From the NCBI GenBank assembly GCA_041941795.1, contig CP145872.1:480001-512000 (forward strand): 32,000 bases of DNA, given 5' to 3'. Positions 8,965-17,271 of the stretch are shown piece by piece. The notes under the pieces are model-generated. The model was not told the DNA's origin, ran no database searches, and saw only the letters and a program-made list of their open reading frames with translations. The translations under genes were made by a program, and so were the position numbers. Positions within the stretch are counted from its first letter, which is position 1. Each line of letters opens with the position of its first letter. The stretch comes from Candidatus Saccharimonadota bacterium (GTDB lineage Bacteria > Pseudomonadota > Gammaproteobacteria > Enterobacterales > Enterobacteriaceae).

Positions 8965-9504
8965 CTAAAATAGTTTCTCGGTAGGAAAATACTTTATGCA
9001 AGAAGATTATTTAGATAACGATCCTTAACATAAAGCACTCTAAGTTTCGAGGAAATTAAAAGTTATTATGATATATGAATGATATAATTAAATTGATCAT
9101 CGGCTAATTTATATTTATTCATAATATCATTATATGATTACGCCATAATTTTTTACTTAAATATAAAAGGTAAAGTATGAACTTTTCATCTATAATAAGA
9201 AGAAAATATTCTATGCGTCTATAGAAAAATAGTTAGATGGAAGTTATTAACTCCTACTCTGACTGCTCCGAGTAGGTACCAATGTTCTCTCCTGGAGTGT
9301 TTAGTTATTTTCACCTGTATTCCTTTATCTCCGGTGCTTTATCTACGAAGTAAGTATGGTATATTATAAAAAAGTAGGTTCAACAAATAATCAAAAGGCT
9401 CAAGAAAGAGCGAAAAATAAAATTTAACTCGTCGATAAGAAGTGATCTAAGTATTGATGGGTTAAAATTTTTATGCTAAAAAGGATACACTTGTGGAGAA
9501 CAAC

Positions 9505-9849
9505 ATGAGCGATAAAATTATTTACGTTCACGATAATAATTTTGAAGACTATGTGTTAAAGGAAGATAATAGAGTCACTCTAGTAGAGTTTTGGGCAGAA
9601 TGGTGTGGTCCCTGTAAAGGAATGGCCCCTCTTTTAGAGGAAATAGCTGAAGAATATAAACACCAGCTCAATGTGGCAAAATTAAATGTAGATAAAAATC
9701 CTGTTACAACACAAAAATATGAAATTAGAGGAATTCCTACTTTATTAGTTTTTAAAAATGGAAAATTATTAGACACCAAAGTAGGAATTTTAACCCTAGG
9801 AAAAATGAAAGAATTTTTGAATCAATTTTTGATTAAAGATCCGGAGTAG
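9505..9849 (+). CDS. trxA: Thioredoxin 1
   Basis: MSDKII...D.NF...VLK....[20 protein letters not shown]...L.VAKLN.D.NP....[14 protein letters not shown] contains the WCGPC active site. The start is placed at the ATG at 9505, preceded by GGAG at 9495-9498, rather than the track GTG at 9493. Confidence 0.93.
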   Translation: MSDKIIYVHDNNFEDYVLKEDNRVTLVEFWAEWCGPCKGMAPLLEEIAEEYKHQLNVAKLNVDKNPVTTQKYEIRGIPTLLVFKNGKLLDTKVGILTLGKMKEFLNQFLIKDPE

Positions 9850-10056
9850 TCTGCTTCGGAACATTATATTTTATTGCTCCTAAGAACAAGAGTTGCCGAA
9901 ATGTGCACATTATCCACCCAGAGATTTGGCAATTAAATTATCTAGTTATTTATATTTAATCGTAAATATTTTTAAGTTCATATATATTATGAATTAGAAA
10001 ATATCATAGAACTCAACTCATTAGTTAAAATGATCCCGATTTAAAGAACCACCATT

Positions 10057-11316
10057 ATGAATCTTACCGAATTAAAAAATAGGCCGGTCTCCGAACTAAT
10101 TACTTTAGGGGATAGTATGGGTCTAGAAAATCTAGCACGTATACGTAAACAAGACATGATTTTTGCTATATTAAAACAACATTCTAAAAGTGGAGAAGAT
10201 ATATTTGGCGATGGTGTCTTGGAAATATTACAGGATGGTTTTGGTTTTCTACGATCGGTAGACAGTTCCTATCTGGCAGGTCCAGATGATATTTATGTGT
10301 CTCCTAGTCAAATTAGAAGATTTAATCTTCGTACCGGAGATACTATTGCTGGTAAAATTCGACCTCCAAAAGATGGAGAACGGTATTTCGCATTGTTAAA
10401 AGTTAAGGAAGTAAATTGTGAAAAACCAGAAAGTTCCAGAATCAAAATATTGTTTGAAAATTTAACTCCGTTACATGCAAATAGACGATTACGTATGGAA
10501 CGCGGCAATGGTTCGACTGAAGACTTAACTGCCAGAGTATTAGATTTAGCGTCCCCTATAGGTTGTGGACAACGAGGTTTAATTGTAGCTCCACCCAAAG
10601 CCGGCAAAACCATTTTATTACAAAATATAGCACAAAGTGTAGCTTATAATCATCCTGAATGTATTTTAATGGTCTTACTTATTGATGAACGACCTGAAGA
10701 AGTAACTGAGATGCACCGACTAGTCAAAGGAGACGTAATGGCATCTACATTTGATGAGCCTGCAACTAGACATGTACAAGTAGCGGAGATGGTTATTGAA
10801 AAAGCCAAACGTTTAGTGGAACACAAAAAAGATGTGATTATTTTGCTAGATTCAATTACACGACTGGCACGAGCTTATAATACAGTAGTACCAGCATCGG
10901 GCAAAATATTAACCGGAGGCGTAGATTCCAATGCACTTCACCGTCCTAAAAGATTTTTCGGGGCCGCTCGGAATGTAGAAGAAGGTGGAAGTTTAACTAT
11001 CATAGCTACTGCACTTATTGATACAGGTTCCAAAATGGATGAAATTATTTATGAAGAATTTAAAGGTACTGGTAATATGGAATTACATTTAGCCCGAAAA
11101 ATTGCAGAAAAAAGAGTCTTTCCAGCTATTGATTATAATAGATCCGGTACTCGTAAAGAAGAATTATTAACTTCAGTGGAAGATCTTCACAAGATGTGGA
11201 TCTTACGAAAAATTATTCATCCTATGTCTGAAATTGAAGCCATAGAATTTATTATTAATAAACTATCCATGACTAAAACCAATCAGGAATTTTTTAATAT
11301 GATGAAACGACATTAA
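10057..11316 (+). CDS. rho: Transcription termination factor Rho
   Basis: A 419-aa ORF: [59 protein letters not shown], Walker A PPKAGKT, and RKEELL near the C-terminus. Collinear with E. coli Rho. Confidence 0.97.
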   Translation: MNLTELKNRPVSELITLGDSMGLENLARIRKQDMIFAILKQHSKSGEDIFGDGVLEILQDGFGFLRSVDSSYLAGPDDIYVSPSQIRRFNLRTGDTIAGKIRPPKDGERYFALLKVKEVNCEKPESSRIKILFENLTPLHANRRLRMERGNGSTEDLTARVLDLASPIGCGQRGLIVAPPKAGKTILLQNIAQSVAYNHPECILMVLLIDERPEEVTEMHRLVKGDVMASTFDEPATRHVQVAEMVIEKAKRLVEHKKDVIILLDSITRLARAYNTVVPASGKILTGGVDSNALHRPKRFFGAARNVEEGGSLTIIATALIDTGSKMDEIIYEEFKGTGNMELHLARKIAEKRVFPAIDYNRSGTRKEELLTSVEDLHKMWILRKIIHPMSEIEAIEFIINKLSMTKTNQEFFNMMKRH

Positions 11317-11416
11317 ATAAGATCATAGTTCTTAAGAAGATTAATGATTGGAAAAATAGAGATGTGTTTTTAAAAAAAATCATCGCGGGTGGATACAAAA
11401 ATATCATTATCTAAAA

Positions 11417-11490
<74 letters not shown>

Positions 11491-11506
11491 CTCGAATGTT
11501 TGTAAT

Positions 11507-11583
11507 GGTGGCTATAGCTCAGTTGGTAGAGTCCTGGATTGTGATTCCAGTTGTCATGGGTTCAAGTCCCATTAGCCACCCCA
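11507..11583 (+). tRNA. hisR: tRNA-His (anticodon GTG), with the extra 5' G(-1) and an encoded CCA
   Basis: GGTGGCTATAGCTCAGTTGGTAGAGTCCTGGATTGTGATTCCAGTTGTCATGGGTTCAAGTCCCATTAGCCACCCCA is near-identical to E. coli hisR. Confidence 0.93.
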
Positions 11584-11591
11584 TCAAAAAA

Positions 11592-11676
11592 GCGAAGATG
11601 GCGAAATAGGTAGCCGCGCTAGTTTCAGGAGCTAGTGTCTTAATTAGATGTGAGGGTTCAACTCCCTCTCTTCGCA
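11592..11676 (+). tRNA. leuT: tRNA-Leu (anticodon CAG), long variable arm. CCA is not encoded.
   Basis: GCGAAGATGGCGAAATAGGTAGCCGCGCTAGTTTCAGGAGCTAGTGTCTTAATTAGATGTGAGGGTTCAACTCCCTCTCTTCGCA. Acceptor stem GCGAAGA/TCTTCGC and anticodon loop TTCAGGA, matching the E. coli leuT layout. Confidence 0.9.
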
Positions 11677-11693
11677 CTCCAAAACAAAGTAGT

Positions 11694-11770
11694 CGGCGAG
11701 TAGCGCAGTTTGGTAGCGCAACTGGTTTGGGACCAGTGGGTCGGAGGTTCAAATCCTCTCTCGCCGACCA
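11694..11770 (+). tRNA. proM: tRNA-Pro (anticodon TGG), CCA encoded
   Basis: CGGCGAGTAGCGCAGTTTGGTAGCGCAACTGGTTTGGGACCAGTGGGTCGGAGGTTCAAATCCTCTCTCGCCGACCA is near-identical to E. coli proM. It is the fourth member of the conserved argX-hisR-leuT-proM cluster. Confidence 0.93.
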
Positions 11771-11961
11771 CTAAAATATCAAATTCATATTTACACTCAT
11801 TGAATAATGATGTTATAGTGATAAAATTACTATCACTAATGTAGGAGACTGAGAAGGATCACTTAATTTTAATTAATATTTAATTGGCATTTTTTTAAAA
11901 AAAAACTATATTTAATTGTTAATAATGCAATCTAAATGAGAAAATAAGAAGAGGCAGAGAA

Positions 11962-12615
11962 ATGTTATCTAATAGACAGAAAAAGAATGAGAATTCTATT
12001 CTCGCACAAGAAGTAATAAAAAAACGTTCGAATGTAATAATTTGGTTACTACCTCTATTAGTTATATCGTTACTCTTTCTATATTGGTATTTCCAACCCC
12101 TCCATAAAAAGGCAGAAAAACAAATTTCAAAAACTACCTTACACAAATTAAGCAACGTAAAGTTAGTTAATGTTACATTACCGGATGGTGTTACTATCAG
12201 TATGCAAAATGATAGTGTAGAAGCAAAATTATTAAAATTTATTCAAGATCCCGCACAAAAAATAAGCGATAAACTTTGGTTAAATTTGGATTATCTAGTT
12301 TTTGATAGGACTCAAGATGACGCAAAAATAGAGTCTAAAACACATGTACAAAATATTGCTGCTATATTAAAGGCGTATCCAAATGTAAAAATAAAAATTG
12401 GCGGCTATACTGATAGTATCGGACGAACTGAAAAAAATATAGTTTCATCACAAGCGAGAGCAGAAAGTGTTAGAAAGCAATTGATTGATTTAAAGATTGC
12501 ACCTGAACGAGTGTTAGCGCAAGGTTATGGTGAGAAAAATCCTATAGCTTCTAATAATACAACTACAGGTATAATACAAACTCGTGGAGTTTCAATCAAT
12601 GTTCTAGAAAAGTAA
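11962..12615 (+). CDS. Membrane-anchored OmpA-C-like (peptidoglycan-associated) family protein of unknown specific function
   Basis: A 217-aa ORF. There is one N-terminal hydrophobic helix (VIIWLLPLLVISLLFLYWYF). The C-terminal OmpA-like domain reads NIAAILKAYPNVKIKIGGYTDSIG....N...S.ARAESV...L....I...R..A.GYGE.NP.A.N.T, although the usual G..NRRV tail has decayed to GIIQTRGVSI. An SD-like GAGGCAGAG lies upstream of the ATG. Confidence 0.8.
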   Translation: MLSNRQKKNENSILAQEVIKKRSNVIIWLLPLLVISLLFLYWYFQPLHKKAEKQISKTTLHKLSNVKLVNVTLPDGVTISMQNDSVEAKLLKFIQDPAQKISDKLWLNLDYLVFDRTQDDAKIESKTHVQNIAAILKAYPNVKIKIGGYTDSIGRTEKNIVSSQARAESVRKQLIDLKIAPERVLAQGYGEKNPIASNNTTTGIIQTRGVSINVLEK

Positions 12616-12661
12616 TAATGCTTAGATACTATTCTAACTCTTAGATTAAGAGGGTTTAATA

Positions 12662-13438
12662 ATGAGCTATGAAAAGATAGTAACTTTGTTTGATAACTTT
12701 CAACATGCACAAGACGCTAAGAGAAATCTTTTAAAAGCAGGATTTAAAAAGCATGATATAAGTTTGATTAATAATGATCAACTTCAAGGAGGAGCTAATA
12801 TTTTAGTCCATAGGCATGATATTTGGAGACGTTTATTAGGTCAAAGTTTAACTGACCAAGAAGCTAAAATATATGGACAGGCAGTAAAAACTGGTGGAGT
12901 AGTTTTAACTTTACGTACTAAAGAAGAAGATACTCCTAGAGCTATCAGTATTTTGAATACTCATCCTCTAGTAGAAATGTCGGACGACACAGTTTCTAAC
13001 TGTAATAACGAGGATATTATCCCAGAAAAACATCACAGTCATTTTTCTAAAGACAAAAAAAATGCCGAAGAAGAGGTTTTAGAGTTAGCAGAGGAAAAAT
13101 TAGAAATTGGTAAAAAAGTTGTTTATGAAGGATCTACAAGAGTCCGGCGGTTTGTCACCCAAAAAGATGTAGAAGTAGAAATTCCTCTTCATGAAGAACA
13201 TGCCTCGATTTTGAGACGCGCTCTTAGTGGTAACTGCCAATCAGCTGATAATATTGATTGGTCTGAGACAGTAGTAGAAATATCAGATACTCATGAACAA
13301 CCAGTTATAAATAAAAAAGCTAATGTTGTTGAAGAAGTCATAGTGCGAAAGGAAGGTAAAGATCGAGTAGAAAAGATCCGGGATACCTTACGAAAGCAAG
13401 AAATAGAAGTAAAGCATAATGATAAATGTACTAAATAA
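12662..13438 (+). CDS. YsnF/AvaK (DUF2382) domain stress-type protein with an N-terminal YflT/GSP17M-like region
   Basis: A 258-aa ORF. The N-terminus, VTLFDNFQHAQDAKRNLLKAGFKKHDISL...EAKIYGQAVKTGGVVLTL, is typical of the general-stress N-domain. The C-terminal half, LAEEKLEIGKKVV.EGSTRVRRFVTQKDVEVEIPLHEEHASI....ETVVEISDTHEQPVINKKANVVEEVIVRKEGKDRVEKIRDTLRKQEIEV, has the bipartite DUF2382 pattern. An AGAGGG SD is present. It lies 46 nt after the OmpA-like gene, so the two are a likely operon. Confidence 0.75.
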   Translation: MSYEKIVTLFDNFQHAQDAKRNLLKAGFKKHDISLINNDQLQGGANILVHRHDIWRRLLGQSLTDQEAKIYGQAVKTGGVVLTLRTKEEDTPRAISILNTHPLVEMSDDTVSNCNNEDIIPEKHHSHFSKDKKNAEEEVLELAEEKLEIGKKVVYEGSTRVRRFVTQKDVEVEIPLHEEHASILRRALSGNCQSADNIDWSETVVEISDTHEQPVINKKANVVEEVIVRKEGKDRVEKIRDTLRKQEIEVKHNDKCTK

Positions 13439-13483
13439 CAGCTTTCACTTCTCATTATAAGAAAAAAAGTTTTCTTTTTAATT

Positions 13484-13514
13484 AAAAATGCGGACTGTCC
13501 TGGTCCGCATTTTG
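13484..13514 (+). terminator. Intrinsic (rho-independent) terminator, potentially bidirectional
   Basis: The sequence AAAAATGCGGAC-tgtcctg-GTCCGCATTTTGC gives a perfect 8-bp GC-containing stem (13488-13495 / 13503-13510) and a 7-nt loop. It is flanked by an A-run upstream and a T-run downstream, and starts 46 nt after the stop of the YsnF-like gene. Confidence 0.75.
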
Positions 13515-13580
13515 CATCTTCCTCAGTTCAGTTTCATTTTGCTAGGTTAATCCTTGTTGCTCATAAGTAATGGAGGCATA

Positions 13581-14066
13581 ATGAAATTTTCTAAAATGCA
13601 TAGTTTGGGTAATGATTTTATGATTGTGGAATCAATAACACAAAATATAATCGTTTCACATTCACTTATTCGTAGGATGGCTGATCGAAGACCAGGAATA
13701 GGATTTGATCAATTTTTACTAGTTGAAATACCTAAAAATGATCATACTGATTTCCACTATCGTATTTTTAATTGTGATGGTAACGAAGTAACACAATGTG
13801 GAAATGGAGCACGATGTTTAGCTAAGTTTGTTAATTTAAAAGGGTTAACTAACAAAAAGAATCTTATAGTTAGTACTAAAAAAGGAAAGTTATTTCTGGT
13901 AATAGAAGATAATGAACAAATATGTGTAAAAATGAACGAACCAAATTTTACGCCCGCAATAATTCCATTTCTAGCAGATACTATTCATAATAAATATCCC
14001 ATAGTAGTAGGCGATGATACTATTATGTGTAGTGTAGTATCTGGAATAATTTCTGATCTTCAATAA
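13581..14066 (+). pseudogene. dapF: Diaminopimelate epimerase, 3'-truncated: about 160 of about 274 codons remain
   Basis: MKFSKMHSLGNDFM.VE..TQN......LIRR.ADR..G.GFDQ.L.VE.P......FHYRIFN.DG.EV.QCGNGARC.A.FV.LKGLTNK is collinear with the E. coli DapF N-terminal domain, including the first catalytic Cys. Similarity ends after ...IMCSVVS, and the ORF stops 2 nt before uvrD. The second domain and the second catalytic Cys are absent. A GGAGG SD lies upstream of the ATG at 13581. Confidence 0.8.
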
Positions 14067-14068
14067 AT

Positions 14069-16072
14069 TTGTTGGTGCTAAAAAAAATTGAATTTAATGA
14101 TATTTTAAAATCTTTAAATGATCAACAACGGAAAGCTGTGACTACTACGCACCCCAATTTACTGGTGCTGGCAGGCGCTGGAAGTGGTAAAACTAGGGTA
14201 TTAGTGCATCGTATTGCTTGGTTAGTTAAAGTACAGCATTGCTCACCACTTTCTATTATGACAGTTACTTTTAATACTCAAGCTGCCGATGAATTATGTC
14301 ATCGTACTCAAAAAATACTCGGCTTAAAAGTGAGAGGAATGTGGATAGGTACTTTTCATAGTTTAGCACATCGCTTATTACGTAATCATTATTACGCAGC
14401 CAAATTACCATCTAATTTTAGGATTATAGATCAAGCAGAGCAACTCCGATTAATAAAAAAAATAATTATTAAATATTTTCCTCAAATACGAGAGGCAGAA
14501 CAGGCACTGTACTATATAAATAGTAGAAAAAATGAAGGATTGAGACCTGATACTCCTACTGAAATTAGTGAAATTCAGCATCGACAAAACCATTTTGTCC
14601 ATATTTATAAAATATATCAAAGTATGTGTGATAGGGTTGGACTGGTAGATTTTTCAGAGTTATTACTGCGTGTTAAGGAAATGTGGTTAGATAATCCATC
14701 TCTTCTGCAGAAATACCGCTCCAGATTTAATCACATCTTAGTTGATGAGTTTCAGGATACCAATAATATTCAATACGAACTTATTCAGTTGCTATCTAAT
14801 AATCATAATAATATTATGATAGTAGGAGATGATGATCAATCTATTTATAGTTGGAGAGATGCTAACACGAAAAATATTCAGCGATTTATTACAGATTTTA
14901 TTGAAGTAAAAATTATTAGACTCGAACAAAATTATCGATCTCCAAACTATATCCTAACTGCTGCTAATGCACTTATTGCTCATAATATAGAACGTCTCGA
15001 AAAAACACTCTGGACCAATAAGAGTGATGGAGAACGCATAACTCTTTATAAAGCTTATAACGATTTAGATGAAGCACAATTCGTAGTAAATCGTATAAAA
15101 TCATGGCACAAAACAGGAGGAAACCTAAAACAATGTGCTATTCTTTATCGTAGTAAAGCACAGTCTAAAGTTATAGAAGATGAATTATTGAAATCTAATG
15201 TACGATATTATATTTCTGGCAGGATCAAATTTTTTGAAAGACAAGAAATTCAAGATGTGTTGGCTTACCTGAGACTTATAGTGAATCATAATGATGATCG
15301 AGCATTTGAGCGGATTTTTAATAAACCACCTAGAGGATTAGGAAAGAACACTTTGCAGGAAGTACGAAAAATTTCTATCAATAACAATATTTCTTTATGG
15401 GATTCAGCATGTACATTAGTAAAACAATCATTCTTCTCCAAAAGAATTCGGCATGCTTTACGTTGTTTTACTTTACTGATAGCACAATTAAAACAAAATA
15501 TTGCAGAGATGGCTCTATATTTACAAGTGGATTATGTGATCAAAAATTCTGGATTAGGTACTTGGTACCAACTAAAAATCAAGTTTCCTAAGGAACAACA
15601 ATCAACGAGAATGCAAATTAAAAATCTTAAGCAGTTGGTAATTATTTCCAGACAATACAGTAATCATCAACATAAAGAAGGACGGTTTATTTTCGGCTCT
15701 CCACTCCAATCTTTTATTTATCATGCTACTAGAGAAAATTTAAGTATCGCGAATAATAATCTGCCATCCGAATATGTTGATGCCGTACAAATGATGTCAA
15801 TGCACTGTGCTAAAGGATTAGAATTTCCAATAGTCTTTTTGGTAGGAATGGAAGAAGGTTGGTGTCCCACTCATTATTCTATTGAGAATAGAGTTCTTAT
15901 ACAAGAAGAGCGTCGCCTCGCTTATGTTGCCATGACAAGAGCCATGAAAAAATTGATAGTCAGTTGGTCTCAAAAGCGTCGACTTTATGGTAAAGAGCTT
16001 TATTATAAGCGCTCTCGTTTTATTAATGAGTTACCATCCCTATGTATTGATTATTTATCTTCTTCTAGATAA
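14069..16072 (+). CDS. uvrD: DNA helicase II (UvrD). The start is non-ATG (TTG 14069, TTG 14072 or GTG 14075), and the extreme C-terminal domain is missing relative to E. coli.
   Basis: A 667-aa ORF. SLND.QR.AV......LLVLAGAGSGKTRVLVHRIAWL, ILVDEFQDTNNIQY, GDDDQSIY.WR, RLEQNYRS, FFERQEI.D.L.YLRL, H.AKGLEFP.VF.VGMEEG and EERRLAYV..TRAM..L are collinear with E. coli UvrD. The ORF ends about 50 residues earlier than the E. coli protein. Confidence 0.85.
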   Translation: MLVLKKIEFNDILKSLNDQQRKAVTTTHPNLLVLAGAGSGKTRVLVHRIAWLVKVQHCSPLSIMTVTFNTQAADELCHRTQKILGLKVRGMWIGTFHSLAHRLLRNHYYAAKLPSNFRIIDQAEQLRLIKKIIIKYFPQIREAEQALYYINSRKNEGLRPDTPTEISEIQHRQNHFVHIYKIYQSMCDRVGLVDFSELLLRVKEMWLDNPSLLQKYRSRFNHILVDEFQDTNNIQYELIQLLSNNHNNIMIVGDDDQSIYSWRDANTKNIQRFITDFIEVKIIRLEQNYRSPNYILTAANALIAHNIERLEKTLWTNKSDGERITLYKAYNDLDEAQFVVNRIKSWHKTGGNLKQCAILYRSKAQSKVIEDELLKSNVRYYISGRIKFFERQEIQDVLAYLRLIVNHNDDRAFERIFNKPPRGLGKNTLQEVRKISINNNISLWDSACTLVKQSFFSKRIRHALRCFTLLIAQLKQNIAEMALYLQVDYVIKNSGLGTWYQLKIKFPKEQQSTRMQIKNLKQLVIISRQYSNHQHKEGRFIFGSPLQSFIYHATRENLSIANNNLPSEYVDAVQMMSMHCAKGLEFPIVFLVGMEEGWCPTHYSIENRVLIQEERRLAYVAMTRAMKKLIVSWSQKRRLYGKELYYKRSRFINELPSLCIDYLSSSR

Positions 16073-16311
16073 GAGGATTCTCTTTTTTTAGACTGCGTAG
16101 TTCGTAAAGAAAAAATAGTGAGAGTTATGAAAAAATTATATCGCGATTCTTTGGATAGAAATCTAAAGATAATAATTTTTCCCTTCCATGCAACAATATT
16201 TTTTATGAATTTTATTAAAAATCTATTGATTTCTAAGTCATTAGAAATTAAAGAATATCAAATAAAATATGTTATTTAGACCCATTCTATTGAATAGAGA
16301 GAGTGATTCCT

Positions 16312-17271
16312 ATGATAAGCGCATACAAAATAATTGATAACCGGTTGAAACGTCTAGAGCTCGATCTCAACAATTATAATGATGATTTAGAAGATTCTAT
16401 TTGGCTAGATTTAATTGAACCAGAAGTCAGAGAAAGAGAACGCATCCAAAAAATACTCGGACAAAGTTTAGCAACTCGTCCAGAGTTAAGAGATATAGAA
16501 GCTTCCGCTCGTTTTTTTGAAGATAGAGATGGTTTACATATACACTCATTCTTTTTTTATGAAGATTTTAAAGAACATGCCGGTAATGTCACAGTGGCCT
16601 TTACTATCCGAGAGGGAAGATTATATACGTTAAGAGAAAGAGAATTACCAACTTTTAGACTTTATCGGATCCGTTCTCGCAGTCAGGTTTTACTAGAAGG
16701 TAACGCTTTTGAGCTAATGTTAGATTTATTTGAAACTAAAATAGAACAATTAGCGGACGAAATAGAGACCATTTATAGTGAATTAGAACAATTGAGTCGT
16801 ATTATTATGAAAGGTAATTGCGATGAGGAAAGTGATGAAGCGTTATCTTTATTAGCAGGATTGGAAGATATTGTATGGAAGGTGCGGCTCTGCTTAATGG
16901 ATACTCAGCGCGCACTTAATTTTTTAGCTCGTAAAAATCGCTTACCTCTTAAACAAATTGAACAAAGTCGAGAAATTTTGCGAGATATTGAATCCTTATT
17001 ACCTCATAATGAATCTTTACTTCAAAAAGTAAATTTTTTACTACAAGCTGCGATGGGATTTATTAATATTGAGCAAAATAGAATAATAAAAATATTTTCA
17101 GTAGTATCGGTAATATTTCTCCCTCCTACCCTAGTAGCTTCAAGTTATGGTATGAATTTCGATTACATGCCAGAAATAAAATGGATGTGGGGTTATCCGA
17201 CCGCTGTTCTATTAATGTTTCTGACTGGAGCAGCCCCTTATGCCTATTTCAAATATAGAAAATGGCTTTAA
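16312..17271 (+). CDS. corA: Magnesium/cobalt transporter CorA
   Basis: MISAY....NRL.RLE matches the E. coli MLSAFQLENNRLTRLE. Also present are [86 protein letters not shown] and the C-terminal KWL. The start is set at the ATG at 16312, not the track GTG at 16303. Confidence 0.94.
   Translation: MISAYKIIDNRLKRLELDLNNYNDDLEDSIWLDLIEPEVRERERIQKILGQSLATRPELRDIEASARFFEDRDGLHIHSFFFYEDFKEHAGNVTVAFTIREGRLYTLRERELPTFRLYRIRSRSQVLLEGNAFELMLDLFETKIEQLADEIETIYSELEQLSRIIMKGNCDEESDEALSLLAGLEDIVWKVRLCLMDTQRALNFLARKNRLPLKQIEQSREILRDIESLLPHNESLLQKVNFLLQAAMGFINIEQNRIIKIFSVVSVIFLPPTLVASSYGMNFDYMPEIKWMWGYPTAVLLMFLTGAAPYAYFKYRKWL

Noticed and set aside
8777-9001. A 74-aa minus-strand ORF between hdfR and trxA
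   Set aside because: It runs antisense to the fragments that match yifE on the plus strand. It has no SD and no recognisable similarity, so it is most likely an accidental ORF in pseudogene debris.
10308-10613. A 101-aa minus-strand ORF inside rho, plus similar antisense or alternate-frame ORFs at 1350-1544, 3339-3536, 6589-6807, 7362-7571, 9549-9779, 11919-12155, 12525-12710, 15397-15591, 18547-18786, 18779-18961, 20523-20711, 21357-21581, 25486-25683 and 28844-29176
   Set aside because: Each is embedded in or overlaps a strongly conserved gene in another frame or on the other strand. None has a recognisable motif or an SD. They are typical spurious ORFs.
11519-11752. A 77-aa minus-strand ORF in the track
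   Set aside because: It lies entirely antisense to the hisR-leuT-proM tRNA genes. It stays open because of tRNA sequence composition, not because it codes for protein.
11771-13580. A genomic island integrated at tRNA-Pro carrying the OmpA-like/YsnF-like pair
   Set aside because: There is no integrase or recombinase and no direct repeat of the proM 3' end downstream. The best candidate, around 13515-13530, matches only a few bases. Base composition shows no visible contrast with the flanks. The location is suggestive, but the sequence does not support mobility.
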